Assembly: GCA_033762115.1 (NCBI GenBank)
Contig: JANRLX010000074.1
Span: 1-50,099 of the forward strand
Source of the DNA: Verrucomicrobiota bacterium
GTDB taxonomy: Bacteria > Verrucomicrobiota > Verrucomicrobiia > Limisphaerales > SXQI01
Direction of reading: 5' to 3'
Length of the DNA stretch: 50,099 bases
This document shows, in pieces, positions 19,418-29,169 of this stretch. The position numbers and the translations under genes were made by a program. Within the stretch, counting starts at the first letter, position 1. Each line of letters opens with the position of its first letter. The notes beneath the pieces are model-generated. The model was not told where the DNA came from and did no database searches. It saw only the letters and a program-made list of their open reading frames with translations.

Positions 19418-20437
19418 ATGGACCTGAATGATCCATTATTAGGTGGCAGTGAAGTCCTTTCGCAATCTGAAGTCGAGCGGCTGCTCGCGGAGGTTGCGCA
19501 ACAGGAGAGCTCTGCGCCGAACGTTTCAGAAGGGGGCGTCGCAGCACAGCCGAAAGAATCTGTTCAACATTACGATTTCAGGCAGCCAACTTTCCTTTCC
19601 GCGACTGAGCTGAGGAAAATCCGCATGGAGCATGAGGGATTTGTCCAAAGTCTCGCTTCGTTATTATCAATTTATCTGCGAGTCGAATTTGGAGTGAAGC
19701 TGGCGAGGCTTCAAACAATGACTTTCCAAAAATTTTCTGAAATTCTACCGAGCCCCAGTCATCTTACATTGTTTAAAGTGGAGCCATTGCGGGGAATTTG
19801 TATCCTCGATATCAATCCTCGCCTCGGTTTGACAATCGTCGACAGGCTGATGGGTGGGGCAGGGCACTCGATCACCACAAATCGTGACCTGAGTGATATA
19901 GAGGTCGTGCTTCTTGATCAGGCCATTCAGATTATTCTTTCGGAATGGTGCAAGCATTGGGCAAAAATTCAGGAATTGCGCCCTGTGCTGCTAGGTCATG
20001 AAACAAACGGCAAATACCTTCAGACATCCTCACCGGACACCGTCATGCTTGTAGTTTCCATTGAGGCGAGCATGGGCGATTGTGTGGAGCATCTTCAATT
20101 GGGATTCCCATACGCAACGCTGGATCCGCTTACCCGCCAGTTGGATGCCGAACTTCATGATGAAAAACATTCCGGGGCTCCGGTCATCACCGAGAAGCCG
20201 AAATGGAACCGTGAGTTGGAATCGTTAAAAATACCTTTGACTGCTGAATGGCCCGGCATCGCCATGACAGCACGTGAATTAGCGAATTTGAAAGTGGGAG
20301 ATATCCTGGAAATTGACCCGGAAGCGGCAAACCAGGTGCAGGTTCGCCTTTCGCAAATCGGAAAATTCATTGGACGAATCGGTAGCCGGAACAATCGTCG
20401 AGCGGTTGAAATTACGCAGATTATTAAATCTTCATGA
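19418..20437 (+). CDS. fliM: Motor switch protein FliM
   Basis: VLSQSEVERLL CheY-binding peptide, YDFRQP, VDRLMGGAG, C-terminal SpoA domain. Confidence 0.95.
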   Translation: MDLNDPLLGGSEVLSQSEVERLLAEVAQQESSAPNVSEGGVAAQPKESVQHYDFRQPTFLSATELRKIRMEHEGFVQSLASLLSIYLRVEFGVKLARLQTMTFQKFSEILPSPSHLTLFKVEPLRGICILDINPRLGLTIVDRLMGGAGHSITTNRDLSDIEVVLLDQAIQIILSEWCKHWAKIQELRPVLLGHETNGKYLQTSSPDTVMLVVSIEASMGDCVEHLQLGFPYATLDPLTRQLDAELHDEKHSGAPVITEKPKWNRELESLKIPLTAEWPGIAMTARELANLKVGDILEIDPEAANQVQVRLSQIGKFIGRIGSRNNRRAVEITQIIKSS

Positions 20438-20694
20438 AACCAACTGATTACCCGCCCAATATCGAGATATTGCTCGATGTGCCAGTGAATGTAACGGTGG
20501 AACTGGGCTCCTGCCAATTGCCAATGCGTGATGTGCTGCAACTTGCAGCCGGCTCCGTGGTTCAATTGGATACTCTGGCTGATGCGCCCGTCGAATTGCA
20601 CGTGAATCGAAAGCTTGTCGCGCGAGGTGAAGTGGTCGTGGTGGATAATAAATTTGGAATCAAGATCACCGAGATGGTCGGCGCTGTCGCATGA
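20434..20694 (+). CDS. fliN: Motor switch protein FliN
   Basis: LLDVPVNVTVELG..ARGEVVVVDNKFGIKITE. Confidence 0.95.
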   Translation: MKPTDYPPNIEILLDVPVNVTVELGSCQLPMRDVLQLAAGSVVQLDTLADAPVELHVNRKLVARGEVVVVDNKFGIKITEMVGAVA

Positions 20695-21140
20695 TTACTT
20701 CACGTGCCACCTTAGCAATCGTCCTTTTGACGGTTGCAAACACTTTTGCAGAAACAGTGGTTCAAGCTCCTGCGCTGACTGCGCCTCCTTCCATCGGGTA
20801 TTCATTGATCCGGATGATTGGCGCCTTGTGCCTTGTTTTCGCCTTGCTGTTCGGCGCTCTTTACCTTTTTAAAAACTGGCAACGATTAAATCCGGGCAGG
20901 CGCAATCAACAGAAACTTCAAGTGCTGGAGGTAAAATCGTTGGGCCAGCGACATGCGATTTATGTTGTGGCGTATGAGAATCAACGCCTGCTGCTTTCCT
21001 CTTCTCCCACGGGGGTGACGATGCTGACTCAACTTCCCGAAGCTGTTCCAGCAATCGAACCTGCCGAGGTCGCTCTAGAAAATCCGAGTCTTCCTTCATT
21101 CGCAGAAACGTTCCTTCAAGTGCTTGCCAAAAAATCATGA
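20691..21140 (+). CDS. fliO: Flagellar biogenesis protein FliO
   Basis: TM segment, then LQVLEVKSLGQRHAIYVV..RLLL; between fliN and fliP. Confidence 0.88.
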   Translation: MITSRATLAIVLLTVANTFAETVVQAPALTAPPSIGYSLIRMIGALCLVFALLFGALYLFKNWQRLNPGRRNQQKLQVLEVKSLGQRHAIYVVAYENQRLLLSSSPTGVTMLTQLPEAVPAIEPAEVALENPSLPSFAETFLQVLAKKS

Positions 21141-21931
21141 GTCATCCCGCATTATTTTTTCGGAAGTATCGTTGGGTTTTTGCTCTGGTTTTCTTTCTGG
21201 CGTTTCTTCCGCTGGAAACAAATGCGCAGGTGACGAATGGCACTTCTATCCCGCTGATGCCTTTCAAGGTCAATCTTGGAGTGGAAGCTTCACAGCAACC
21301 CAAGGATGTTGATGTGGCGATCAAAATCCTTTTTGGGATTACCCTGTTGACCGTTGCTCCTTCAATCATCCTCTTGATGACAAGTTTCACCCGGATTGTG
21401 ATTGTTCTCTCTTTTGTGCGGTCTGCCTTGTCACTCCAGGGCACCCCGGCAAATCAGATCATTATTGGTCTCTCACTGTTCATGACTTATTTCATCATGG
21501 AGCCGGTCTGGCAGAAAATTGATGCCAATGCTTTAACTCCTTATATGGCCAATCAAATTAGCGGTGAAGAGGCAATGATCCAGGCGACTGGACCAATCCG
21601 CCAATTCATGCTGGCGCAAACGAGGCCGAAGGATGTCGAACTTTTCGTTTCGGTCGCGCGAATGGAACCTTCAAGTCCCGAAAACCTGCCTCTGAAAGTG
21701 GTAATCCCCAGCTTTATCATCAGTGAATTAAGGACGGCTTTTCAAATGGGTTTCCTGCTGTTTATTCCTTTTATCCTGATCGATCTGGTGGTTGCGACCA
21801 TTCTCATGAGCATGGGTATGATGATGATGCCACCCGCCACGATCGCGCTGCCGCTTAAAATTCTATTGTTTGTTTTGGTGGATGGATGGGAACTGATCAC
21901 ACGTTCTTTGCTCCAAAGTTTCGGGTCTTGA
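21137..21931 (+). CDS. fliP: Export gate protein FliP
   Basis: MTSFTRIVIV, FIISELRTAFQMGF, MGMMMMPP, KILLFVLVDGW. Confidence 0.97.
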   Translation: MSHPALFFRKYRWVFALVFFLAFLPLETNAQVTNGTSIPLMPFKVNLGVEASQQPKDVDVAIKILFGITLLTVAPSIILLMTSFTRIVIVLSFVRSALSLQGTPANQIIIGLSLFMTYFIMEPVWQKIDANALTPYMANQISGEEAMIQATGPIRQFMLAQTRPKDVELFVSVARMEPSSPENLPLKVVIPSFIISELRTAFQMGFLLFIPFILIDLVVATILMSMGMMMMPPATIALPLKILLFVLVDGWELITRSLLQSFGS

Positions 21932-21944
21932 TCGATGCTTCTTT

Positions 21945-22214
21945 ATGAATCCTGAATTTGCTGTGGAGGTGGTTAAAAGCATGATGTTTCAGGCTGTGGC
22001 GCTGGCCGGGCCAACCCTGCTTGCTGCCATGATGATTGGACTTGGGGTGAGCCTCTTCCAGGCCGTTACCTCCATTCATGAACAAACACTCAGTTTCGTG
22101 CCTAAAGTACTCGGAATTGTTGGATTAATGATTGTGTTACTTCCCTGGATGTTGCGCTCATCCATGGAATTTACGATCGCCTTGATCCAAAAAATGCCGG
22201 AAATGGTACGCTGA
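21945..22214 (+). CDS. fliQ: Export gate protein FliQ
   Basis: SLFQAVTSIHEQTLSFVPK..PWM. Confidence 0.96.
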   Translation: MNPEFAVEVVKSMMFQAVALAGPTLLAAMMIGLGVSLFQAVTSIHEQTLSFVPKVLGIVGLMIVLLPWMLRSSMEFTIALIQKMPEMVR

Positions 22215-22310
22215 TTTCAAGACGTCAGCTCGGATGAATTTGTGAGGTATTCTTAACCTCATCGCCACTGGTTTGTAACGTGACCACACCACATTTCAAA
22301 GAAACCGCTT

Positions 22311-24296
22311 ATGAAAAAGGTTTTGATCCTGACAGCGGCTTTCGGCGAAGGGCATAACACAGCAGCACGAAATATCCGGGACGCTCTCGAACTTATGTCT
22401 GAGGACATCAAGATCGAGATTCTGGATTTATTCGAGACAAGTTATGGCCGCCTGAACTCTATCGCCAAGAAATCGTATCTTGGATTGGTTCAGCATGCTC
22501 CTTCTGTGTGGGGGGGGATTTATTCTCTTTTGGATAATTCTCCTTTGTTTGAAAAAAATCTCGCAGGCATGAGCCGTTTGCGGGATGCGCTTGAAGACAT
22601 TCTTAAAGTGACCCAACCGGATTGTGTGGTTTCCACCTACCCTGTTTATGGGCATGTCATCAAAGAAATTTACAAGGATTATTCAGAAAAACCATTTCGT
22701 TTCATCACGGTGGTTACCGATTCCATCACAATCAATTCGCTCTGGTATAAGGCCCCCGCAGACCTTTTTTGCGTGCCAAATGCGCCTTCCGCGGAAGTAA
22801 TGGTCGCAGGGGGTATCCCAAAAAACAAAGTGTTGCCAGTAGGTTTCCCGGTCAGTCCCCAGTTTTTGGAATTTGGGCCCGTCGATCTGAAATCCCCCAA
22901 ATTCAAGGAGCCACGAAAGATTCTTTACATCATTAATACTGGGAAAAAGAAAGCAGGGAAGGTGTTGGATGAACTGCTTGAAATCCCTCACACGCAATTA
23001 ACTGTTACCGTGGGTCGGGATGCTGAGCTAAAAGCCAAAATTACAGAACGTGCCGAGAAATTCCAGGACCGTGTTCGGGTGATCGGTTGGACGAACATGA
23101 TGCCTCAATTGATGATGGAACATCACCTGGTCATCACCAAAGCGGGTGGCGCCACCGTGCAGGAATGTATCGCAGCGCGCGCGCCGATGATCATCAATCA
23201 GGTGATCCCGGGGCAGGAAGAGGGAAATGCCAAACTGGTTGAGCAATTTGGATTGGGTGCAGTTGCAAGCAAAAACAAGGAAGTCCCGGCGCTCGTTGAA
23301 TCTGCTTTTGTCGAGGGGGCAGCGCAATGGGGACAATGGCGCAGGAATATGGCGGCATTTTCCAAGCCGGACGCCGCTTTCCTCATCGGGGAACTCATTT
23401 TGGAGGAGGAAAATGTCCCAAGTGCCCGCCGTAAAAAGAGGTTGTTTCAATCCCCCTCTGCTTCCAAGATTGAAGCGCCTTCCTTTGGGCAACCAATTCG
23501 CCGCACTCTGCTTTGCGATTTTCACATTCATTCCAACTATTCAGACGGTAAACTTTCCGTACCTGAAATTGTGGATTTCTACGGTTCGCATGGATTTGAT
23601 TGCATTTGTCTGACAGATCACCTGGCCGATCCAAGACGACTGATTGGCAAGTTTATCGAACTCGCCAACTTCACGCTCGCCCCGGATCAACTGGAAGAAT
23701 ATTTTGAAGTCCTTGAACGTGAGCGTCGTCGGGCATGGCGTAAGTACAGCATGCACGTTCTTTCAGGGATCGAATTCAACAAGGATGGTTTTACCAAGAA
23801 GACGTCCGCCCACCTTTTGGGTGTGGATCTGAAAAAACCAATCAACCCCGCGCTTGATCTTCTGGAAACAATTGAACAAATACACGCCCAGGGAGGGTTA
23901 ACCATCGCTTCGCATCCTCACATGATGAAAAGCGAATGGGGAAAAAATACGCTGTATTTGTGGCTCAATCAGGAAATTTTTGCAGACAAAATTGATGCGT
24001 GGGAAATCGCCAATCGAAACAATTTATTTACCCCGATTGGTTTGAAAAACCTTCCATTCATTGCCAATAGCGATTTCCACAAACCCAAGCATATTTATTC
24101 CTGGAAAACCATTTTGCATTGCGAAAAAGAAGTTGAAGCAATCAAGGATTGTGTCCGCAAGAATGTTGATCTTTCGATCACCCTCTATCGGGACTTCACA
24201 CGGAAACTGACGGAAGAACGTCCGGTTCTCGATGTGGAACAATCATTGAGTTTCCCCGCACCCCTGCTTCCGGCGGCGGTCGCACGGGTGAATTAA
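22311..24296 (+). CDS. MGDG synthase/UgtP-like glycosyltransferase fused to a PHP metallophosphoesterase domain
   Basis: GT28 motifs GEGHN, ITKAGGATV.E, PGQEEGN; PHP motifs DFHIHSNYSDG, LTDH, SHP, NSDFH. Confidence 0.85.
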   Translation: MKKVLILTAAFGEGHNTAARNIRDALELMSEDIKIEILDLFETSYGRLNSIAKKSYLGLVQHAPSVWGGIYSLLDNSPLFEKNLAGMSRLRDALEDILKVTQPDCVVSTYPVYGHVIKEIYKDYSEKPFRFITVVTDSITINSLWYKAPADLFCVPNAPSAEVMVAGGIPKNKVLPVGFPVSPQFLEFGPVDLKSPKFKEPRKILYIINTGKKKAGKVLDELLEIPHTQLTVTVGRDAELKAKITERAEKFQDRVRVIGWTNMMPQLMMEHHLVITKAGGATVQECIAARAPMIINQVIPGQEEGNAKLVEQFGLGAVASKNKEVPALVESAFVEGAAQWGQWRRNMAAFSKPDAAFLIGELILEEENVPSARRKKRLFQSPSASKIEAPSFGQPIRRTLLCDFHIHSNYSDGKLSVPEIVDFYGSHGFDCICLTDHLADPRRLIGKFIELANFTLAPDQLEEYFEVLERERRRAWRKYSMHVLSGIEFNKDGFTKKTSAHLLGVDLKKPINPALDLLETIEQIHAQGGLTIASHPHMMKSEWGKNTLYLWLNQEIFADKIDAWEIANRNNLFTPIGLKNLPFIANSDFHKPKHIYSWKTILHCEKEVEAIKDCVRKNVDLSITLYRDFTRKLTEERPVLDVEQSLSFPAPLLPAAVARVN

Positions 24297-24302
24297 ACCG
24301 AT

Positions 24303-25625
24303 TTAACTTTCCACCACTGATCCTCCGGCGGGGCCGTTGCCAGTTGTGAGAGATGGAAATTTTGAAAAAGTTTCCGAATCCTGCTTGATATGAAGTGTTC
24401 GGGTGGGGAAAGCAAAATCGATCTTCTCCGAATCAAAACGTTGCTTGATTTGCAGGTTTAAATCCTGCATGCCAGCCAGATAAGCTTTGAAATCGGTTCC
24501 TCCCCACCAATGGAGGACAATGATGTTCAGCGATGAATCTGCGAATCGATTAAAGCTGATGATCAGGTCGGAAGTCATTGGGTGTCCCTTATACACTTCT
24601 TCGAGGATCATTGTCGCTCTCCGGACTTTTTCTGTGGGAGTATCGTAGGTAATACCGAAATTCATTTCGGTTTTGATGTTTGGGCGGAGTGTAATGTTGG
24701 TGATTGTGGCATTCCCCATCGTTTTGTTTGGCACGGTGATTAAATGTCCATCCAGATTGCGAATTCTGGTGCTCCTCAGCCCGATGGATTCCACAAAACC
24801 CTGGATATCAGCGATTTTCACAAGATCACCAATTTTAAATGGCTTATCGACAAAAACAGCCACTGCGCCGAACAGATTCGCGACCGTGTCCTGTGCGGCC
24901 AATCCAAGCGCCAGGCCGCCAATAGAAAGGGAGGCCAAAACACTGGTGATATTGAGCCCCAGGTTTTGCGAAGTAACCAGGGCAGCGACAATAATGACAA
25001 AAGCTTTGATGCTCTTGCTGATGAGAGGAAATAGCTGGTCATTGAAAGCCTTGTCGGAACTGACGGCAAATTTGTTTCCCCATTGTGAAATCAGCAGGTC
25101 AATCAGCTTCAGGAGCATGTACGTAATGGAGAGAGCCACAATGACTTTCAGCCCTTTGGAGAGCCAGACCTCCATCCAATTTGGCCAGTCAAAGACCTGC
25201 AGGCCGATATGAAGCAGGATGACAAACGAAACGATTTTGATCGGTCCCTGGATCAAAAGGATCGCAAAATCATCAACTTTTGAACTCGTTTTCTCGGCCC
25301 ATTTTTTAAGGCGAACGACAACAATCGAATCAAGGAGTTTTGAAATGAGGAACGCCAGGCAAATATAAAAAGCGCTGGCTAAATATTGCCAAAGGGGGAT
25401 TCCAAAAATTTTCGATTGGAGTTGTTCCACCTTATCAAGCCCAAAGGTCAGGTACGGCTCGGGGGTGCGCTGTATTGTCGTTGTCACGGTCGCATCACCA
25501 GTGGCCGTTTCGATTTTGGCGACATTGTTTGTGTTTGTCTGGGCATTCACCCAGAAGCACCAACAGAGCAGTGAAACAAAAAACAGGTAATAGAACCGCA
25601 CCAGAAAAACGTAAATCTGTCTCAT
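24303..25625 (-). CDS. MscS-family mechanosensitive channel
   Basis: GGLALGLAAQDTVANLFG, DKPFKIGD, IGLRSTRIR, VPN, FAFPT; start uncertain (25625-25646). Confidence 0.92.
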   Translation of the reverse strand: MRQIYVFLVRFYYLFFVSLLCWCFWVNAQTNTNNVAKIETATGDATVTTTIQRTPEPYLTFGLDKVEQLQSKIFGIPLWQYLASAFYICLAFLISKLLDSIVVVRLKKWAEKTSSKVDDFAILLIQGPIKIVSFVILLHIGLQVFDWPNWMEVWLSKGLKVIVALSITYMLLKLIDLLISQWGNKFAVSSDKAFNDQLFPLISKSIKAFVIIVAALVTSQNLGLNITSVLASLSIGGLALGLAAQDTVANLFGAVAVFVDKPFKIGDLVKIADIQGFVESIGLRSTRIRNLDGHLITVPNKTMGNATITNITLRPNIKTEMNFGITYDTPTEKVRRATMILEEVYKGHPMTSDLIISFNRFADSSLNIIVLHWWGGTDFKAYLAGMQDLNLQIKQRFDSEKIDFAFPTRTLHIKQDSETFSKFPSLTTGNGPAGGSVVES

Positions 25626-25724
25626 CAGGCAAAAAACTATGCTCAACTGACAAATCGTGGCAAGGTGTGAATCCTCAGGAGGGGTGCAGGCATTTTGAAG
25701 AGGGATGAATTTTCCGCTCGCAGG

Positions 25725-25755
25725 AAACCGGTGTTCACCCCAACATCGGTTTTTT
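25725..25755 (+). promoter_or_regulatory. Hairpin plus T-run just upstream of purS (terminator/attenuator-like, or operator)
   Basis: AAACCGGTGTT-caccc c-AACATCGGTTT followed by further Ts; ends 11 nt before the purS ATG. Confidence 0.45.
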
Positions 25756-25766
25756 AGTCAGCTTTC

Positions 25767-26006
25767 ATGAAAGCAAAGATAACAGTAACACCAAAGAAAG
25801 CGGTGCTGGATCCGCAAGGTAAAACGGTTCAGAACGCACTTGAGCAGATGGGCTATCAAGGTATTCAGGCCGTTCATGTGGGAAAGTATTTGGAAATTGA
25901 ATTGCAGGGTGATCTGGAGAAAGCCCGCAGACAGATTGATGATGCCTGCCGGAAATTGCTGAGCAATCCGGTAATTGAGGATTATCATTTCGAAATTGAG
26001 CCCTGA
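25767..26006 (+). CDS. purS: FGAM synthase subunit PurS
   Basis: VLDPQG, GKYLEI, LLSNPVIEDY. Confidence 0.96.
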   Translation: MKAKITVTPKKAVLDPQGKTVQNALEQMGYQGIQAVHVGKYLEIELQGDLEKARRQIDDACRKLLSNPVIEDYHFEIEP

Positions 26007-26008
26007 TC

Positions 26009-26722
26009 ATGAATTTTGCCGTCCTTCAGTTTCCTGCCTCAAATTGTGATCAGGATGCACTGCATGTCGTTCGTGATGTGCTGGGTCACACGGGCCGAAT
26101 GGTCTGGCATAAAGACAATTCCCTGGGTGGGGCCGATGCTGTCATCGTTCCGGGTGGTTTCAGCTATGGGGATTATTTGCGGACGGGAGCCATCGCGCGC
26201 TTCAGCCCGATCATGCAGCAAGTGCAACAATTTGCAGCCAACGGGGGGCCGGTCCTGGGAATTTGCAATGGATTTCAGATACTGTGTGAAGCCGGACTCC
26301 TTCCCGGAGCTTTGGTAAGAAACAGGTCGCTTCAATTCCGTTGTGAGCAGGTATTCCTTAAAACTACCAATTCAAACACCATATTCACGTGTGAAATACC
26401 ACCGGAAAAACTTCTCCGGGTTCCAATTGCCCATGGAGAGGGTTGTTTCTTTGCTGATGAAGAAACCTTAAAAAAAATGCGGCAGAACCAACAAATCCTT
26501 TGGCAGTATGTGGATGCCTCTGGAAATGCCACTGAACAGGCCAATCCCAACGGCTCAGTTCAGAACATCGCCGGGATCTCCAATGAAAAAGGAAACGTTG
26601 CCGGTCTGATGCCCCATCCCGAACGCGCCAGCGAACCGCTTTTGGGAAGCGCCGATGGTCGCCTTATCTTTGAGAGCATGGTTCATGCGCTCGCCACTCG
26701 TTCCGTTAAGAAATCTGCCTAG
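26009..26722 (+). CDS. purQ: FGAM synthase glutaminase subunit PurQ
   Basis: PGGFSYGDYLR, GICNGFQIL, AHGEG, MPHPER. Confidence 0.97.
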   Translation: MNFAVLQFPASNCDQDALHVVRDVLGHTGRMVWHKDNSLGGADAVIVPGGFSYGDYLRTGAIARFSPIMQQVQQFAANGGPVLGICNGFQILCEAGLLPGALVRNRSLQFRCEQVFLKTTNSNTIFTCEIPPEKLLRVPIAHGEGCFFADEETLKKMRQNQQILWQYVDASGNATEQANPNGSVQNIAGISNEKGNVAGLMPHPERASEPLLGSADGRLIFESMVHALATRSVKKSA

Positions 26723-26743
26723 TCAGAAGATCACTTTAGTGCC

Positions 26744-29062
26744 ATGGCCGAACCAGCAATTACCCCCGAACTGATTCAAAAGCATAATTTAACTCCGGAT
26801 GAGTATGCCCGGATCAAAGATATTCTTGGCCGCGATCCAGGCTACACGGAACTGGGTATATTTTCAGTCATGTGGAGTGAGCATTGCTCCTATAAGAACA
26901 CACGCCCTTTGCTCAAGGGATTTCCGACGAAATCTCCAAGAATCCTGGTTGGGGCTGGTGAGGAGAATGCGGGCATCATCGATATTGGTGATGGCCTTGC
27001 CATTGCATTTAAAATCGAATCTCACAATCATCCCAGTGCGGTTGAACCTTTTCAAGGGGCGGCCACTGGAGTGGGCGGGATCATTCGAGACATTTTTACA
27101 ATGGGCGCTCGTCCCGTTGCGGCTTTGAATTCCTTGCGATTTGGAGAACTGACTTCCCCTGAGGTGCGGCGTTTATTTTCCGGGGTGGTTTCCGGTATCG
27201 CCCATTACGGAAATTGTTTCGGCATCCCCACGATTGCAGGCGAGGTTTACTTCGACAAATCCTACGAAGGAAACCCTTTGGTGAATGCTTTTTGCCTTGG
27301 GGTGCTTCGGCATGATCAAATTGCCCGTGGGGCAGCAAAAGGAATCGGCAATCCTGTCTTTTATGTAGGTCCAGCCACTGGCCGGGACGGTCTTGCAGGG
27401 GCCGCATTTGCCTCCCAGGATTTGACTGAAGAATCGGCTGAGCAACAACGAGGCGCGGTGCAGGTTGGCGATCCTTTCATGGAAAAGCTTGTCATGGAAG
27501 CCTGCCTGGAACTTCTCGCAACAGGCGCGGTTGCAGGGATTCAGGACATGGGTGCGGCCGGGTTGACTTGTTCGACATGTGAAACTGCCGCTCGAGCAGG
27601 CACAGGTATTGAGATTGAATTGAACAAAGTGCCTCAACGCGCTCCGCACATGTCTTCCTACGAGATCATGCTCAGCGAGTCCCAGGAACGAATGTTGATC
27701 ATTGTCCAGAAAGGACGTGAGGCAGAAGTTCAGAAGATATTTGATAAGTGGGATCTTCCCTGGGCTGAAATCGGGGTTGTGACCGACACCAGTCGTATGG
27801 TTGTGAAGCATGGGGGCAAGGTGGTGGCTGATATTCCCGCCAAAAAGCTGGCTGATGAAGCGCCCATTTACAACCGGGATTCTCGAGAACCCTCTTATTT
27901 GCAGAAAGTTAAATCGTTTACCCTGGATCAAACCGCAGATGTAAAAGATCCGGTGGAAGCTCTTAAGCTATTACTGGCGTGGCCAAGCATTGCCTCCAAA
28001 AACTGGGTTTACCGGCAATATGATCATATGGTTCGGGACAATTCGATTGTTTGTCCCGGATCAGATGCAGCAGTGCTGCGGATAAAAGCGGATTCGATTC
28101 CCCCGCTTTCTGAAGGGATGATCCAGACCGCTTTTGAGGACAAATACATCGCCTTTACCGTCGATTGCAATGCGACTTATGTTTATCTTGATCCTTACGA
28201 AGGGGGAAAGATTGCCGTTGCTGAAGCTGCCAGAAATCTCGCATGTGCGGGAGCGGTTCCTCTCGGAACGACGGATAACCTGAATTTTGGAAACCCGCAC
28301 AATCCTGAACTCTTTTATCAATTGCGCCGGTCTGTTGAAGGTCTGGCGGAAGGATGCCGTGCTTTCAATGCGCCTGTGACAGGAGGCAACGTCAGCCTCT
28401 ATAATCAAAACCCGAACGGTCCAATTGATCCAACTCCAACGGTCGCAATGGTTGGGATCATTGAGAAAAAAGAACATATCACAACGCAATGGTTCAAGGA
28501 TGAGGGTGACATTATTTTGTTGCTTGGGGACATCATAGATAAACAGGATACTCTGGGCGGCCTGGGCGGCCTGGGCGGTTCCGCTTATCTCCAGGTCTTA
28601 TTTTCACAGAAAACCGGGACACCTCCCCGATGTGATTTGGTGCGTGAAAAAGCCATCCATGACCTTCTGCGCTCGATGATCTTTGCAGGCATAGTGAAAA
28701 GTGCCCATGATTGCAGCGAGGGTGGATTGGCAGTAGCCATTGCCGAAAGCTGCATTTCACAGCAAATAGGGCGTGACACTCCCCGCCTGATTGGTGCAAA
28801 CCTTGATCTGAGCGCGTACGATATCGGGAGAAAGGACCAATTGATGTTCGGAGAAGCCCAGGGCCGAATCGTCCTTTCAGTTTCGGCTCAGAATCTCGAT
28901 AAAGCAATTCGACTTGCGAAGGAGAAGGATCTCCCCTTGCTGGAACTCGGCAGAGTAGGGGGCAGCCAGCTAACCTTCCGGACCAGAGATTCCGTTTTAA
29001 AATGGGAGCTTTCCGAACTTCATGACCTTTGGTGGAATGCAATTGCGCGCGCGATGAAATAA
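26744..29062 (+). CDS. purL: FGAM synthase subunit PurL (small type)
   Basis: [36 protein letters not shown]. Confidence 0.97.
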   Translation: MAEPAITPELIQKHNLTPDEYARIKDILGRDPGYTELGIFSVMWSEHCSYKNTRPLLKGFPTKSPRILVGAGEENAGIIDIGDGLAIAFKIESHNHPSAVEPFQGAATGVGGIIRDIFTMGARPVAALNSLRFGELTSPEVRRLFSGVVSGIAHYGNCFGIPTIAGEVYFDKSYEGNPLVNAFCLGVLRHDQIARGAAKGIGNPVFYVGPATGRDGLAGAAFASQDLTEESAEQQRGAVQVGDPFMEKLVMEACLELLATGAVAGIQDMGAAGLTCSTCETAARAGTGIEIELNKVPQRAPHMSSYEIMLSESQERMLIIVQKGREAEVQKIFDKWDLPWAEIGVVTDTSRMVVKHGGKVVADIPAKKLADEAPIYNRDSREPSYLQKVKSFTLDQTADVKDPVEALKLLLAWPSIASKNWVYRQYDHMVRDNSIVCPGSDAAVLRIKADSIPPLSEGMIQTAFEDKYIAFTVDCNATYVYLDPYEGGKIAVAEAARNLACAGAVPLGTTDNLNFGNPHNPELFYQLRRSVEGLAEGCRAFNAPVTGGNVSLYNQNPNGPIDPTPTVAMVGIIEKKEHITTQWFKDEGDIILLLGDIIDKQDTLGGLGGLGGSAYLQVLFSQKTGTPPRCDLVREKAIHDLLRSMIFAGIVKSAHDCSEGGLAVAIAESCISQQIGRDTPRLIGANLDLSAYDIGRKDQLMFGEAQGRIVLSVSAQNLDKAIRLAKEKDLPLLELGRVGGSQLTFRTRDSVLKWELSELHDLWWNAIARAMK
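28553..28579 (+). repeat. In-frame 9-nt tandem repeat (CTGGGCGGY)x3 in purL
   Basis: ctgggcggc ctgggcggc ctgggcggt encodes LGGLGGLGG. Confidence 0.85.
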
Positions 29063-29079
29063 CCGTTATCGAGGTTCGC

Positions 29080-29107
29080 TTGACACTTCCCTGAACACCC
29101 TTACCTT
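29080..29107 (+). promoter_or_regulatory. Sigma70-like promoter of purF
   Basis: TTGACA-N16-TACCTT in the purL-purF gap. Confidence 0.5.
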
Positions 29108-29169
29108 GCGAACGGAATTGATCGCCCCACCCCAACCATTTAGGCCATAATGGGATTTGATTTAAGCCG

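Noticed and set aside
210..22214. Injectisome-type T3SS interpretation
   Set aside because: Rod, hook, stator, FliA and FliM genes show that it is flagellar
22215..22310. TGAGG-N9-CCTCA hairpin after fliQ as a terminator or fliR remnant
   Set aside because: The stem is too short, there is no T-tract, and no FliR-like coding remnant is visible
29063..29169. Riboswitch upstream of purF
   Set aside because: No recognisable aptamer or terminator; the region is explained by a promoter and a short leader
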